DNA of 64,000 bases from Plasmodiophora brassicae. Taxonomy: Eukaryota. The notes beneath the pieces are model-generated. The model was given only the letters and a program-made list of their open reading frames with translations, was not told the DNA's origin and did not search any database. The stretch's first letter is position 1; each line of letters opens with the position of its first letter. The DNA is taken from positions 434,001 to 498,000 of the forward strand of contig CP145418.1 in NCBI GenBank assembly GCA_036867785.1, read 5' to 3'. The position numbers were made by a program, and so were the translations under genes. Below, one piece after another: positions 23,240 through 36,968 of this stretch.

Positions 23240-23998
23240 GGCCCAAGCAGCAATCGACCGCTTGGGACCAACAGTGTTCCCAATTCGAACGAGGTGTGGT
23301 TTATATTTAGCGTCCGCGCCGATCCCGCCGTTGGCAGAGTGGCCTGCGGAATGGGGACAACTCGAAACCAATCGGAGCGCTCCACTGGTGACTCGACGAA
23401 GCCATTCGTCCGCGTAGACAGCCGCTGATAGACGGGAATGTCGTTGCCGACCCAAGATGACGGGTAATGAATGACCCGGTCCGTTCACCGGGGTGGGCAC
23501 AAATAGGAACAGCGGTACCTCCCGTTCGCACAGTTCGAGTCGCCATCATCACGCCTGGATTGACGATGGCATTCGCTGAATGTCTGGACCGCGCCATCCC
23601 GATAGACGTGACGCCATTGGGCCGGACCTGGCATTGCCCTCGTTCCGCAGGCGGTCGAGACGATTGCAACGGTGGACGCGTCGGGGAGAATCTCGAAACG
23701 CAGTCAGTCGTTGGGTTCGTTTCCAATGGGCTCAGATCACCAGATCGTCCTTCGTGCATCTTCGATGTGCCATCATGCTTCCCCGCATCGCTCCCGTCCT
23801 GGCGGCCATAGCGTCTCAAGGCGCGCGATGGCATCCCAGCACCCTGGCAATACACATTTTCGAACCGGCACAGGTGTTGCAGGGGTTGTCGATGTCTAGC
23901 GGAACACATCGACCGACTCGAGGCTGGGCGATCATCAGCGGCAGCGTCGTGAACCCGTTCGTCTGTTTTCGTTTCGCAAGCAAAACAGAAACGTTCCG

Positions 23999-24071
23999 TA
24001 CTCGATGGAGGATTTGAACCTCCGACCTTCTGCGTGTAAAGCAGACGTGCTAACCACTGCACCAACCGAGC
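23999..24071 (-). tRNA. tRNA-Val(TAC)
   Basis: GCTCGGT/ATCGAGT acceptor stem, TGGTGCAGTGG D-arm, TCTGC-TTTACAC-GCAGA anticodon arm and GGTTCAAATCC T-loop; 73 nt; a T4 run follows on the minus strand (23982-23985). Confidence 0.95.
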
Positions 24072-24321
24072 GAACCGGTACGCAATTTAGCCCGCACAGG
24101 CGGTGTTGTCGAACGTGAGTGCCTACCACAGCGTGACGTAGCTTGCTTTGCTCCCTACATAGTTGGCTTCCTGGAAGTTGTGCACGCAAGCATAAAGGTG
24201 GGCTGCGGTACTGTATTGGGGCTGAGATGAGCAGCGTGGGCAGCCAGTCAGCCAAGCACACTCTGCGACACCGGCGCGACCACGTACACGCGCATCGGTC
24301 GCTGGTGGTCAGCCGGGCACG

Positions 24322-27037
24322 ATGGTAAACGTCCAGGCAGCGGCGAAGAAGAAGAAGGAGAAGGCCGAGAAAGTAAGCAGGCCCACGTTTTTCGCGGAAG
24401 GCATTGCGCTAGGCATCCCTCTTCTGACGTGGTTTCGTGTGCAGAAGAAGGAGGATGATGCGCCCGCTGAGGAGGATGCCCTTTCCGAGGTCGAGGACCT
24501 CGAACCCATTGAGGTGCACATGGTTCCCGATGACCAGATCAAGGGCCTTACCGAGGAGCAACTCAGCGAAGAGTTCACGAAGGCTCTGAACGCAAATAAC
24601 CCGCAGGCGCCAATGAATCAGGTCGCTGACGTTGCCACCAACCGGGCCGTCTTCTCAGCCTGACGCCCCTTTTCCTAGGTCCTCTTTGATTTCGCACTGG
24701 GGCAGTTCGTTCCGATGCCACCATCGGACCAGATCGCTGTCCATTTCTCGATGCAGGAAACAATCATCCCTACCCAGACCAGTGAGCCTGCACCTGATGC
24801 GCCAAAGCCTGCCGAAGCGTCGCCGGCCGCCCCGGCCGCATCCGAACCTGTAACCGATGGTTTAAGTTTAACAGGGATCCGTCCAATTTACGTTTGGTAT
24901 TTCAGGAAAGACCCGCTCCGGGTGGCTCTGCGCCCGCAGAACCCGCTGCGATAGTCGACGTAAGAAGCCAACCGCCGTCTTTGCCGCCGCACATCTGGAT
25001 TAAAATTCCTACAGGCGCCGGTCGAGGCCCCAGTTCAGCCTCCTGACAGTCCCAACACCCAGAAGGCCAAGGCATTGAAGAACCAGTTCAACTTCTCTGA
25101 ACGCGCTTCTCAGACCTTTAACAATCCTGCACGGTCCGCAGCAGCATTCGCTCCTGAGTTTGCCTTGACACCCGTAATACTGTATGTAGAGATCGGATGG
25201 TCGCTACCGAGCCACCTCCCACCGTGAACTTCTCGGGTCTCTGCTCCCAGTTCATCCTGTTTGATGCATACCTGGCCATCTTCCGCGAAGGCAAGGAGCT
25301 CAAAGCCCAGAAGGATCAGGTTGTCCATTGTATTTGCAGCAAATGCTGCTACTACTGACGACTTCACAGCAGCAAGCCAGCACCCGAAAGCAGCACAGCG
25401 AGGAAGATGGCGAAGATCCGGCTAGTGACATGATCATAGCCGACGCTGACGATCGTGACGAGAAAGCGCATAAGGTCCGTTAGACGCCTTTTAAGATGAC
25501 CATACGTGACGCTTTGGCGCACAGATTATGGCCAGCGATGCGATGAAGCGAGCGATGAAGGTCATGGAGCGGATCGTCAACTTGAACGCCGAGGAGGACA
25601 TCTTCCACGACTTCAAGTACTTCGAGGACGATAATGACAAGTCGCGCGAAGACGGCGCCGGCTTCTTCCTGCCACTGTGGCGGTTCGCATCACCGAAGGC
25701 CAAGCGTCGCACGGTGACCTCGATCAAATGGAACCCTCACTACCCAGATATGTTCGCCGTCGCCTTCGGCTCCTACGACTTCATGCAGCAGTCGGGCGGT
25801 GGCCTCATCTGCTGCTATTCGCTGAAGAACACATCGCACCCAGAGTTCTCGTTCACGACCACATCCGGCATCATGTGCCTGGCGTTCCACCCGCAGCACC
25901 CGGCCCTACTTGCTGTCGGCCTCTACGACGGCAGTGTATGCGTCTATGACGTACGCCTGAAGAACAACATGCCCATTTACCAGGTCTGCACATGGCTGAT
26001 GTGGGCTCGTGGCTCTGGTCTGATCGAGTTGGGATAGAGTCTGGACCCGAAGGTCAAGCACACTGACCCGGTCTGGGAGGTTCACTGGCAGAGCAGCGCC
26101 GACGATATCGGCAAGGAGATCAACTTCTTCTCTGTGTCCGCCGACGGTCGCGTCACTGACTGGATCATGAGCAAGAACGAGCTGGTCAACGAAGAGGTCT
26201 GCCTGGACCTTTTGACCAATCCGTCTTCGATTTTAACTGACCGTGCCAAATAGATCATGGAGCTGAAGCTGGTGTCCAGGAAGGTGACGAATGATCAGAC
26301 CGAGATCGACGACGAGCGCACGATGGTGGGCCTGGCAGGTGGCACGTGTTTCGATTTCAACCCGTTCTCCGAGCATTTGTTCGTTGTCGGCACCGACGAA
26401 GGTACCGTCTCGTTTCGTATTTATTTTACGTTCCGTTGACGACCTTCGGTAGGATCGATCCACACGTGCTCGAAAGCGTACAACTCTCAGTACCTGACGA
26501 ATTTCGCTGGGCATCACATGGCCGTGTAGGTGTGGCGTCATTCGTGCTATAGGCGCGACAGACTGAATGGGTCCTAGGTATGCGGTCAAGTGGAACCCGT
26601 TCCATCGCGGCGTGTTCCTGTCGTGTTCGGCGGACTGGACGGTTCGATTATGGGAGAGCACGACCCGAGAACCCCTGCTGTCGTTCGACCTCGGATCGGC
26701 GGTCGGTGATATCGCCTGGGCGCCCTATTCGTCGACGGCGTTCGCCGCCGTCACAGCCGATGGCAAGGTTTTCCTGTTCGACCTGAACGTCAACAAGTAC
26801 GAAGCCGTCGGGCAGCAGCGCGTCATCAAGAAAGGCAAACTGACGCACGTCGTGTTCAACTCGATCGACCCGATCCTCCTGTGCGGCGACGACCGCGGCG
26901 GCGTCATGTCGTTGAAGCTGTCGCCCAACCTGCGACGAATGTCCGCCAAGACCATCAAGGAGATCAAGAAGGACGTTGAAATCGCCAAACTTGACGCCAT
27001 TATGGCCATTGCCGCCAAGAAAGACGCGTTCCCGTGA
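24322..27037 (+). CDS. DNAI1: Axonemal outer-arm dynein intermediate chain 1 (IC78/ODA9-like)
   Basis: [48 protein letters not shown] and WD40 repeats ending LKLSPNLR; multi-exon. Confidence 0.92.
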
Positions 27038-27270
27038 AACGGTCGACGCTGAAGTGTTCCTAAAACCAGATCGCGTTGTCCGGTGGCGTTTCTGTAACCC
27101 GGGCGATCCATCTGTGCTTGCGCCAGTTTGCTTCGGGCCTGTGACGTCCAGCGGGGATCCTTCGTGCAGGGTCGCGTGCACCCGCTTCGATAATATCTAA
27201 CGGAATATCCCGAACCGGGTAGTATCTCGACGGGTTGGGGCTTGCCTAAGGCGCTCACTCGCCTGGCGGA

Positions 27271-30200
27271 ATGATGCTGGGTGATGGCAGCAGTGGTGAC
27301 GTTGTCGACGCGAAGAGGATCGTCACCATCTGCAAGGCGGCCGGCATCTTGCGGACCGCCCGGATCCGGGCCCTGCTGGTGGCCCTCATGCGCTGGCACG
27401 ATGCGACGGTGCGTACGAAGCTCCTGTCGATGCAGCCGACGATGGCCAGGGATGCGTCGACGATCCCCATTCCGGACGGGATGACGCATCGACCGCGGCA
27501 GAAGTCGGTCATGGAGGACATCGCGCTGCGGTCGGTCGCGTCCGACGTTAAAGGCGACGATATGGGGTCGTCTCCCAGGCATAGGGCGGTTAGCAGCAAA
27601 GGGTCCATATTCGGCCGACGTGGCAGTGTCATCCTGATGGACACATTGCCGATGTTGGACACGAAAGCCGATCCAGCGTCGCCAGCGATGTCGCCCGCGA
27701 ATGGCTCCCCTGTCATGGCGAAATCGTCGCCGACGGGCACGGCGTCGCTGGGGGATCTGGGCGAGTCGCCCGACCAGCTGAACAAGTCGCTGCTGCGGGC
27801 GCAGGTCCACTTGCTGCGTCCAGTCGCCTGCCGCGTCGCCTCATAATGGTTCAGGTTCGGATGCGGTGGCGGGAAGCGATCCAGAGGATCATCGCGTTGC
27901 GAAAACTAGCGCTCGAGAAGGATCCGTCAGCGAAGCCCGGGTCGGGAGCGCAAACGACGGCGTCGACGACCGCGACGTCGACGACGGACGCGGATTCGCA
28001 GGCCAACGATGCCGGCGTGAGCGGTCGCCTCGTCGACTACTTTATCGTGTTCGGCGTCCACCCGCCAAAAGAGTTCGAGAAGGTCAACTTCTCGTTGCTC
28101 AGCGAGGAGCAGATCGAATCGGTCCTGCGACGCGCGCAGGTCTTCGCCGGCATCGTCGACAGGTACGAGCCGCGATTCGCGTCTCGCGGCTCCCGGGTGA
28201 TGGACGCATGCGGCCAGGTATCCTCGTGAGGATTACAAGGACTGCCCGGTGTCGGACGTGTGGACGTCGTTGGCGTTCCCGACCGGCATCCTGCTGTCCT
28301 GGGTGCGTCGCCAGCCCAAATCCCATTTCGCAGTCGTCACGTTCCAGGACGGCCGCAAGTGTTTCCTGACGTTCCTGCAGTTCGACCAGCCCATGTCTGA
28401 GCTCCTGGATATGCCACCGAGTCTCAGTGGCAAGGAATTGTAATACGGACGGGGTCGAACGCTTTGGAGCCGCATTCCTCATCCGGCGACAGGTACACGC
28501 CCAAGGCGATCTGCCTGGTGTCACAGTACCCGCATCTCAGCACCTTCCGAAAGATGCTTTCGCAACTGTACTCGGTCGCGTCGACGCCTTCCTGCTCCAC
28601 GCCCGTGGAGCGGTTCATTGCCCAAATCACGTTGGAGTTGCCGTTGCCCATTCCAGGTCCGTCATGTGGCAGGTATGGGGTGGGGCGTGCGACGTGACCG
28701 TGGGGCGTGTACAGAGAAAATGGGGATCTCGGTGATGATCAGCGACCCGGGCGACCCCGTTCGGTTGAGCGTGTCGCCGTTACGGGATCCGTTGACGTCT
28801 CGCCTCCCGTTGCGATTACTGTTCGACATCCTGGGCGTCGATTCGATCCTGGGGATCCTGTCCGCCATGATATTCGAGCAGCGCATCCTGCTGCATTCGA
28901 ACTCGCTGTCGGCCCTGACGATCGTCTGCCAGACTATGCTGCAGTACGCGAGCGCTTTCGTCGGCTGGCCTGGTGGTGGATTGCTCTAATCGTCACACAG
29001 GGTGTTCTACCCGTTCCAGTGGTCGTCCGTCTACGTGCCCGTTCTTGCCGAGCTGATGCTGGACGCGTACCAATGCCCTCAGCCTTACATTCAGGGCGTC
29101 CACACCAAGTACCTGGCGCAGTTCACAGAGCTGAACGACATCGTCCTGGTCGACCTCGACCACGATGTCATTCGGTGCTCGTCACCCCTGCCGCGCCTTC
29201 CACAGATCGCAGGCACGGCCGAAACGCTCTCAGTGTGCAATGTTCTTCGGCGCTCACTGCTGGGTGTTTAGGCGGAGCCCTGTGGACGCGCCTCGGCGAA
29301 GTAATGGAACGAATGTCCAGCGAGCGGGACAACGTGTCCGTCGGTGCTGATGACCCGTATAGCGTGTCGGCATCGTCCAAGTTCGACCGGGAAGTGACGA
29401 CCGCGTTCCTGACGTTCTACGCCGACCTGTGCTCTGGGTTCCGCCGGTTCCTGTTCTTCATCAACGACGTCCCGTTCTTCAATGGAAGCGGGTTCCTGAA
29501 GTCGAAGAACCTCGATGAGGGCGCGTACAATTTCCTCGCCAAGGTCATAGAATCGCGCGCCTTCGACGGATTCCTGGAGCAGGTACCTGGACGGTCGTCC
29601 AACGTACACCTCTTCGTTATCACTAACGCCGATCCCAGGAGTCTGAACCGTCGCTGTACAATGATTTCCTAGCGACCGGGAACCCCGAAGTTCTGCTCAA
29701 GATCCACGAAATCGAGTCCAGGTCGGTGGAACATTACCAGCTGACACCGCCGAAGCCGGTCCCGGGCGGCCGCATGGCCCAAGCCAAGCACGCGTTCGCC
29801 AAACCGCTTCGCCAGGAGTATTTGAACGCTGGCGAGCGTGTCCGGCTATCGCGGTCGGGGTTCCAGCCCAGTGCACCCAGGCGGGCGACCAAGCGAAGGC
29901 ATGCGCGCGCGGCTCCCAGGGTCGACGGCAGCAATCTGTTTAACCGTCGCTCTGTACAGGCCACTACAGAACGCCATGATTAGTCAGAGCGACCAGATCC
30001 AGTACTACATGTCGAGGATTTTCGCGAACGAGGGCCTCAACGAGAAGGATGTTCAGTCGGTAGGCAGCGCACGTCCCGTGAAAGCGCCTGACGATGTTTA
30101 ACGTCCGCGCGCCGTCCCGTTGTCCGCTGCAGATGGCTTACCTGCTCCAGAACGACGACGCCCGACAGTGCCTGGCGTCGATCCTTCGGCAACCGCAGGC

Positions 30201-30717
30201 CAAGGGGCCGGACCTGTGTCTATCCGATTCGTCGTTCGACTCGTTGGCGGCAACCCTGCAGACCATGCTGCAATGCTGCCACCATGTCGACGACTACGTC
30301 AATGCGACCGGTACGCTAAGCCGCTTGCTGGGCGGGACCGGTCGCTGATGCTCACTGCTTGCCCGGACAGGCGTTCTCGATGCGGCCACCAAGTTCTTCT
30401 GCGAGGACGACAACGGTGACAGGGTCTTCATTGAGTCGGCCATTCGGGATCATCCGATCTGGAACCGGCAATCGTTCTGGGAGAGTTTCATGCAGCAGGC
30501 CATGTCGAGCGCTCCGGCACGGCCCGATAAACGCGAAGACTTCGTCGTGGACTGGTTGATGAACGCAGCCCACCGCATGCTCACCTACAGGGTGGCCGGC
30601 GACGACGTCCTGGGCGTCGTCCAGCGTCTTTGCAGTCAGCACAACGTACCCGAGAGCCGCGTCGACGAGCTCAGAAAGCTGGTCAGGAACGCAGAGCAAG
30701 CGCTCGCCATTGACTGA
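27271..30717 (+). CDS. DENN-domain Rab GEF-like protein
   Basis: uDENN (LVDYFIVFG; FPTG), cDENN (PKAICLVSQYP..F; FEQRILLHS; YPFQW..VYVPVL; PQPYIQGVH; IVLVDLD), dDENN (AFLTFY..FRRFL; F..FL) and a C-terminal IRDHPIWNRQSFWE; multi-exon. Confidence 0.85.
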
Positions 30718-30972
30718 TGCGCTCCCGTAAAGTATCCATAAAATACATCCAATCAGCAAGTCGGGTCCACAGGCGAACCGGGATGTTGAGCGGTGCCCAG
30801 CTTCTCGCCGACATAATCCTGTTCGAGGCGACTCGCCGAGTCAAGTCGGCGCTGTCGTTGCCCCATTGTACCGGGCATTCATTTGCATTCTATCGGCGAT
30901 TCGGTACTTGAATACACCGCGCCGATTCCGAAGGTCTGCGCAAAGGACTTCACGTCGTTGGGACGTCGCCGG

Positions 30973-32334
30973 ATGGGGCGTCCGGTGGTCAGCGACCCCT
31001 TGCTGGTGCGATTCTGGAAATTGGTGCCGCCGTTATCTGCGAAGAACTACAAAGGGTCATCGGGTGCGACCCGCCGACCTGGATCGTGTCCCGATGACGC
31101 TGATGGTATCGTCAGGCAAGGTCGGCGTTGTTGGCGGATCGCGCCAGTATACAGGAGCGCCATTCGTCAGTGGCATCCTCAGCGTCCGGTATAGTGCCAC
31201 TTAGCTAGGACGTGCACAGTTCTCGGCGATCAGTTCAATGCGGGTCGGTGGAGATCTGGCGACAGTGTTCTGTGCCCCAGACGCGGCCGTACCCATCAAA
31301 TGCTACAGGTGAGGACACATCACACTCTCCTCCTGGGAGTTGCACATCTGTTTGACTGCATTGGCTTAGCCCGGATATCATTGTCGAACCCGATCTCGTT
31401 GGCAGTGGTCACCCGGATTCCAGTGACGCCATGACGCGTCTTCGTAACAATCTGTCCAGAATTGATGCCCTTGTCATTGGCCCAGGTACGGTTGTGGTTC
31501 CGTATGTTACCGTCCTGTGTGCAGAGGTGCGTTTAGGTCTCGGGCGCGACAAAGATGTTTTTGAGACGGTTCGCTCCATAATCGCTGAGGCGCACGTCCC
31601 TCTCGTGATTGACGGTGAACTCGCGTAAGCGAACCCTCGGCACTGTTCTGAACCGTGGTCAGGGGACGGCTTGTGGATGCTGTCGCAGGATCCGTCGATG
31701 CTGCAACGGAACAGCAACGTCATTCTGACGCCGAATGCAGTCGAATTTCAGCGCTTGTGGGCAGCCACACAGGATACGCCGCCTCGACCAATGTCCTCTG
31801 ATGCGGCCATATTCCCGGACGCATCGTGTGGCGACATCGTGGAAGTTGCAATTGACAGCAACCTCTGGGTCCAGGATACTGCAACTTTAGCTTCCGCTTT
31901 CAACGGTGCCGTTGTTCTTCGTAAAGGTTCGCTTCTTCTCGTCGTTGAGCATTTCTCCAGCTGAACAGCGCTTTCGCAGGTTATCAAGATGTCATATCAG
32001 ATGGGAAGCGAGCATGGGTTTGCAAGTTCATTGGGTCGCCTCGACGCGTCGGAGGGCAAGGTCGGGTGTAGGCAACACGAAAGTCGTGACTTTACTGAAC
32101 GCTTCAGGTGACGTACTCTCTGGGATATGTGCAACGGCGGCCGTGTGCGCATCCCGAAGCGAGGACATCTGCCTCGCCGAGGCAGCCGTGTTCGCATCCG
32201 TCATCGTTCGGTACGCGTCCCGTCTGGCGTTCAAGAAGAACGGACGCTCCACCCTCACTAGCGACATGCTCTCCTACATCGGCGAAGCCACCGAAGAGAT
32301 CTACACGCGCAGCGAATTCCTCTGCATTCGATAA
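30973..32334 (+). CDS. NAXD: ATP-dependent NAD(P)HX dehydratase (CARKD/YjeF-C)
   Basis: VPPLS..YKGSSGKVGVVGGS..YTGAPF, LVIGPGLGRD, PLVIDG, ILTPNAVEF, RRVGGQGDVLSG; multi-exon. Confidence 0.9.
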
Positions 32335-32579
32335 GCGGGCATTGCATTATCATTCCCCTGGTTACGACTCCCGTCCCTGCTAATGCCACGTCTCCACGCA
32401 GGTGCTGACAGCACGCCCAGCGCTCTAAGCCGTTGACTACAATACAAACAGCGTTGCCTCACTGGCGGACTTGTAGCGGTGCAGTATGCACTGCAGCCTA
32501 CTGCAGGGTGCAGCTCCTACTGGCGACTGCGGCGACGCGGCCGCAGTTCGGATTCGCCGTGACGGGTGCAGGCGTGATC

Positions 32580-33208
32580 ATGGCGTTTCGTGAATCGCGC
32601 CCGCCCGAGGATGCGGCGACGCTGGAACTAGGTCCGGATTTCGACCGGAAACGCGTGCGCTGCCTGTGGAACTCGGAGGTCGCCATCATCCTCAACCATC
32701 ACATCAATCAGAAACGGGAAGCCGCCGACGCCGATGACAGCGCCGAGATTTCGCCAATGATTCAGGTCAGACGCGCTGTCTGAAATGCGCTGCGAGGCGT
32801 CTCACTGTTGCGACAGCAAACCCTGAACTACGTGCAGAAGTTCTCGAATTACAAAACGAAAGAGGCCATTACGTCAGCACGCGAACTAGTCAAGGACGTG
32901 GACGCTCAGGTCGGGATCGCGGAGGCCAAATTCATCCCTTTGTCTCATCAACGTCGTCTTGTCTTCAGGGGAACCCTGTTTCGAACCGATATGCCGATCT
33001 GGACCAGTTCGAGATCGCTGCAATTAACAACTTGAACATCCAGACGGTAGAGGAGGCGCGCACTCTGATCCCCAGCCTGAACACGCTCGGGAAGCGGATT
33101 CAGGCGCGTCTGGATCCCAGCGGAGAGGGCAGGATTCCGCCGGAATTCGACCCCGATGCCGTCATCGAGTCTCTTCTCGAGGACCTGCACCGCTATCAAA
33201 ACGTGTGA
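32580..33208 (+). CDS. RPB4: RNA polymerase II subunit RPB4
   Basis: EDAATLELGPDF, CLWNSEV.IIL, QTLNYVQKFS, FEIAAINNL..TVEEARTLIPSL. Confidence 0.9.
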
Positions 33209-33383
33209 TCCACTCGAATCCCAGACCCGCATAAACTTAACAGAGTGTCCACCACTGTCGTTCCGTCGTGCACAGCCGTGACTCCACACTGTCGCGTCGG
33301 CGGTGACGTCAACGCTGTCGACAGACATAGCAGATATTGTCAACGAACCCCCACGAACGTATTGTATGTCTCGTTCGTGGGTT

Positions 33384-34034
33384 ATGTGCAAGGTCCTCCT
33401 GATTCTGGCAATCGTCGCGTTGTCTGTCGCTGACGATTCCGAGCGTGTCCTGGTGGATGACACCGTTGGGAAAAGCGAATACGATGCTAACGAAGGGCTT
33501 GCGGCCGCCAATATCAAGAACCGGGGCGAACACGCTTACATGGAAAACGGAAAGGATCTCAGCAACGTGAAAACGTCGGCTTCGCTAACGGCCACGGTCA
33601 CAGCGAACGACGACCATTCCGACGTGCATTCCAAGATGGCAGAGTCATCGGATGACTATATGCACGTCGCTGAAGAAGACCGGATACGGGAACGCGAGAA
33701 GGTGCACGTTGGCCACGACCACGATGTGCGCCATCATCTGGTCGCTCCTGTTGACGAAGGGCATGGCCATGTTCAAGGTGAGCACCATGACGTGGACCAC
33801 CACCGTCTTGACGATGATGAGGAAAACGACGACGACGACGATTTGGATGGTGATTGGGACGACGATGATATTGATAGGCGTGATCATCATCGCCATCACC
33901 ACCGCCAGGATGAAGACGATGAGGATGAAGACGGTGAGGATGAAGACGACGACGACGACGACGACGACCTTCCTTCCCATGATGGCCGACATCATCATCG
34001 CCATCATCGTCGCCCTCGGCATCTCCTCCATTAA
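33384..34034 (+). CDS. Secreted His/Asp-rich low-complexity protein 1
   Basis: Signal peptide MCKVLLILAIVALSVA, C-terminal alternating poly-D/E and H-rich blocks; intronless; alternative ATG at 33366. Confidence 0.8.
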   Translation: MCKVLLILAIVALSVADDSERVLVDDTVGKSEYDANEGLAAANIKNRGEHAYMENGKDLSNVKTSASLTATVTANDDHSDVHSKMAESSDDYMHVAEEDRIREREKVHVGHDHDVRHHLVAPVDEGHGHVQGEHHDVDHHRLDDDEENDDDDDLDGDWDDDDIDRRDHHRHHHRQDEDDEDEDGEDEDDDDDDDDLPSHDGRHHHRHHRRPRHLLH

Positions 34035-34093
34035 TCTAACCAAGCGTCACTAAACTCTGCATATCACATGTTCCCCGGTCGCGTTTCAGTTCA

Positions 34094-34782
34094 TTAATGT
34101 CTATGCCCGTGGCCGTGCCCATGAGGTGCGTCATGCTCTTCGTGGTCGTGGTCATGACCGTGATGACCATGATGGCGGTGGCCATGATCGTCATCATCAT
34201 CGTCCATCATCCAGTGATGGTGGTGGTCGTCATCATCATTATGACCCTCCTGGACAGCGGGAAGTCACCGTTTAAACCTCCAATAATATTTCTGACAAGC
34301 GCGTACCTTGTGCTGTCTGTCATGTAAATGTTTCAGGTGACGGGAATGCAGCGCCTGAGCCATGCGCCGTCAGATGTATCTTTATGGCAGTCCAGAGAGA
34401 GACACCCACGTCATCGGCAGTGTCCCAGTCTTCCCAATCGTCCGGTCCAAACTCGTGATCCTACAGAGTACTCTAAAGTTAGCAATAATGATAGGAACAT
34501 ACGTATAAAAGTACAGTAACGGACGTACGTCATCATGGTGGCCATGACGGTGGCCGTGCCTGTTGTGGTCGTGGTTCATGGAGAACTTGTTGCGTTCCCA
34601 ATGTCCATCGTCATCACCGTCGTCAAACTGAATGCTCAAAACTCAGGGAAAGTTGTGCACACGCGTACGGTCCCCACAACGTGATGATGGTGATGGTCGT
34701 CGTCGTCATCGTGATGCTTCTTGGCGTACGAGCATGCCAGAAGAACGGCCACAGTCAGGACAACGAGGTCGCGAGACCGCAT
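34094..34782 (-). CDS. Secreted His/Asp-rich protein 2 (5 exons, 151 aa)
   Basis: Exons 34782-34681, 34627-34529, 34460-34410, 34354-34307 and 34249-34094 are joined by four phase-0 GT-AG introns (53, 68, 55, 57 nt), giving MRSRDLVVLTVAVLLACSYA-KKHHDDDDDHHHHH...HGHGHGHRH*. Confidence 0.75.
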
Positions 34783-35006
34783 TTCGCCTCTGCTAAATCG
34801 ACAGCGAAACAACAATAGAGTCTGTTGACGTCATGGTTGATGGCACGCGTACTTCGACTTAGTGTCCCCTGATTGTACAGGCGGAATCTGGACATGAGGA
34901 CGCGAGGTCCCGATATTAGGGGCAGCATCGTATAGTTGCGGAATGCGCCACGGAGTCCTGGAGTGCGACGGCATCGCTCAGCATCGTTTTCTGCACCGCT
35001 TCGAAC

Positions 35007-35762
35007 ATGGCTGCCGGCAAGGGAAAGCGCGGTGGCAAGAAGAAAGGCGGTAAGAAGGTCCAGGACCCCTTCGCCAAGAAGGAATGGTATGACGTGAAGG
35101 CGCCATCCGTCTTCGAGGTCCGCCAGGTCGGCAAGACGGTCGTCACCAGGACGTCCGGTAACAGACTGGCCGGCGACTCGCTGCGCGGCCGTGTCTTCGA
35201 GGTGTCCCTGGGCGACCTGAAGAAGGACGGCGAGGACGAAGCGTTCCGCAAGTTCAAGCTTCGGGTCGAGGATGTTCAGGGACGGAACTGCCTGACGAAC
35301 TTCTACGGTATGGACCTGACGACCGACAAGCTTCGCTCGTTGTGCCGCAAGTGGCAAACGCTGATTGAGGCGCACGCCGATGTCAAGACCACCGATGGGT
35401 TTGTCCTGCGCGTCTTCTGCATCGCGTTCACGCGTAAGCGCATGAACCAGATCCGCAAGACGTCGTACGCGCAGTCGTCTCAGATCCGTGCCATCCGCAA
35501 GAAGATCGTCGAGATCTTGAACCGCGAGGTCAGCACAGTTGATGCCATGGGCCTCGTCGGCAAGCTGATCCCCGAGACGATCGGCAAGGAGATCGAGAAG
35601 GCGTGCCAAGGCATCTACCCGCTGCAGAACGTCTTCATTCGCAAGGTCAAGGCTCTGCATGTCCCTAAGGTCGACACGCAACACCTGCTCGACATCCACG
35701 CCGGCCTCGGCAAGGATGCCGGCAAGCCTGTCGAGCGCGCTGAAGCACCGATGGAGGAATAG
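35007..35762 (+). CDS. RPS3A: 40S ribosomal protein eS1 (S3a)
   Basis: [55 protein letters not shown]. Confidence 0.98.
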   Translation: MAAGKGKRGGKKKGGKKVQDPFAKKEWYDVKAPSVFEVRQVGKTVVTRTSGNRLAGDSLRGRVFEVSLGDLKKDGEDEAFRKFKLRVEDVQGRNCLTNFYGMDLTTDKLRSLCRKWQTLIEAHADVKTTDGFVLRVFCIAFTRKRMNQIRKTSYAQSSQIRAIRKKIVEILNREVSTVDAMGLVGKLIPETIGKEIEKACQGIYPLQNVFIRKVKALHVPKVDTQHLLDIHAGLGKDAGKPVERAEAPMEE

Positions 35763-36024
35763 ATCCGGGAGCAGCACCCCGCATGTTCTCATAAATCCAA
35801 CCAATTCACTGATTTCCAGTTCTACCCATGAATATCCGAATGTGCCCTGTCTCATATCGTACCATCGGGAAGAAGGACGAAGCGGCAGCAGAGCCAGTCG
35901 CGTTCAGGTTATTTGCGAACGTTAGCTGACATGGTTGAGTTTACTCCGTGGCGGTGCTCACGGAGTCCGTGGCGGATTGCGACGTGGTTCAGGTGTTCCC
36001 CGTGAATCGTGGTAGCGAACCACC

Positions 36025-36968
36025 ATGCAGCACGATGACATGATATGGTCCTGTGTGGCCAACAGCTTCTGCTCGTACAAGACCAAAACGCGGACGCATG
36101 ACTTCTGCCGGAATCCAGACAACGTCACCGGACTGTGTAATCGCGTATCATGCCCTTTGGCCAATAGTCGATACGCGACGGTCAAGGAGCAAGATGGTGA
36201 ATCCTAGTGCTGTTGTCAGAATTGTCTTTTGCATACGCTCTAAAATGCTGTAACCTCAGGTGAGCTGTACCTGTGGGTGAAGACCATTGAGAGAGCTCAT
36301 TCGCCAAAGAACCTATGGGAGAAGATCCTGCTTCCGAAGAATTACACGCAGGCGTTAAAGCGCATCGATGAAGAACTCATCCACTGGCCCTCGCACATGA
36401 TCCACCGCTGCAAGCAACGCATGACGAAGATTCATCAATACCTTATTCGTATGCGGCGACTCCAGCTGACCGTTAGGTAATAATACCCGCGTTGTGGGAT
36501 CGTAACAGTCTTCCTGATGCCATCTCTGCCAGACCGAAATTGGTTGGCATTTCAAAGAAACTGGATCGAAGAGAGTCCCGACGCGAGGAGAAGGCTCTAA
36601 AGGCAGCGCGTATCACGGATTGCATCAAGAATGAGCTATTGGAACGTCTGAAGCAAGGCACGTATGGCGATATCTACAACTTCCCCATGCAGCAGTACAA
36701 AGAGGCTCTCCAGGAGGTCGCCGTCACCGATGACGAGGACGAGCTCGAACAGGAAAGCGAGTTCGTCGAGGCGTATGATGACGATATCATGGATGACGAC
36801 GACATGGAGGACTACGATGAGGATCTGATGTCCGGCAGCGACATCAGCGACGAGCTTCCCGAGGAGCCCGTCCCGAAATACGTTCGCCGCAAGAAACGCT
36901 CGTCGTATGTCGAGATCGAATACGAGAACGAACCTGCTGAGGCCAGCGCTGCCGTCGACGGAGCATAG
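36025..36968 (+). CDS. MAK16: Ribosome biogenesis protein MAK16
   Basis: [73 protein letters not shown]; 3 exons. Confidence 0.95.

Noticed and set aside
23307-24065. 252-aa ORF starting VQWLARLLYTQKVGGSNP
   Set aside because: Its start is the translated tRNA-Val, and no coding signal was recognised in the remainder.
33645-34327. Hydrophobic Met/Val/Ile-rich ORFs (33645-34043 minus, 34097-34327 plus) resembling membrane proteins
   Set aside because: They are antisense readings of CAT/CAC/GAT/GAC (His/Asp) codon runs.
34755-35855. 366-aa minus-strand ORF
   Set aside because: Antisense of the highly codon-biased RPS3A gene.
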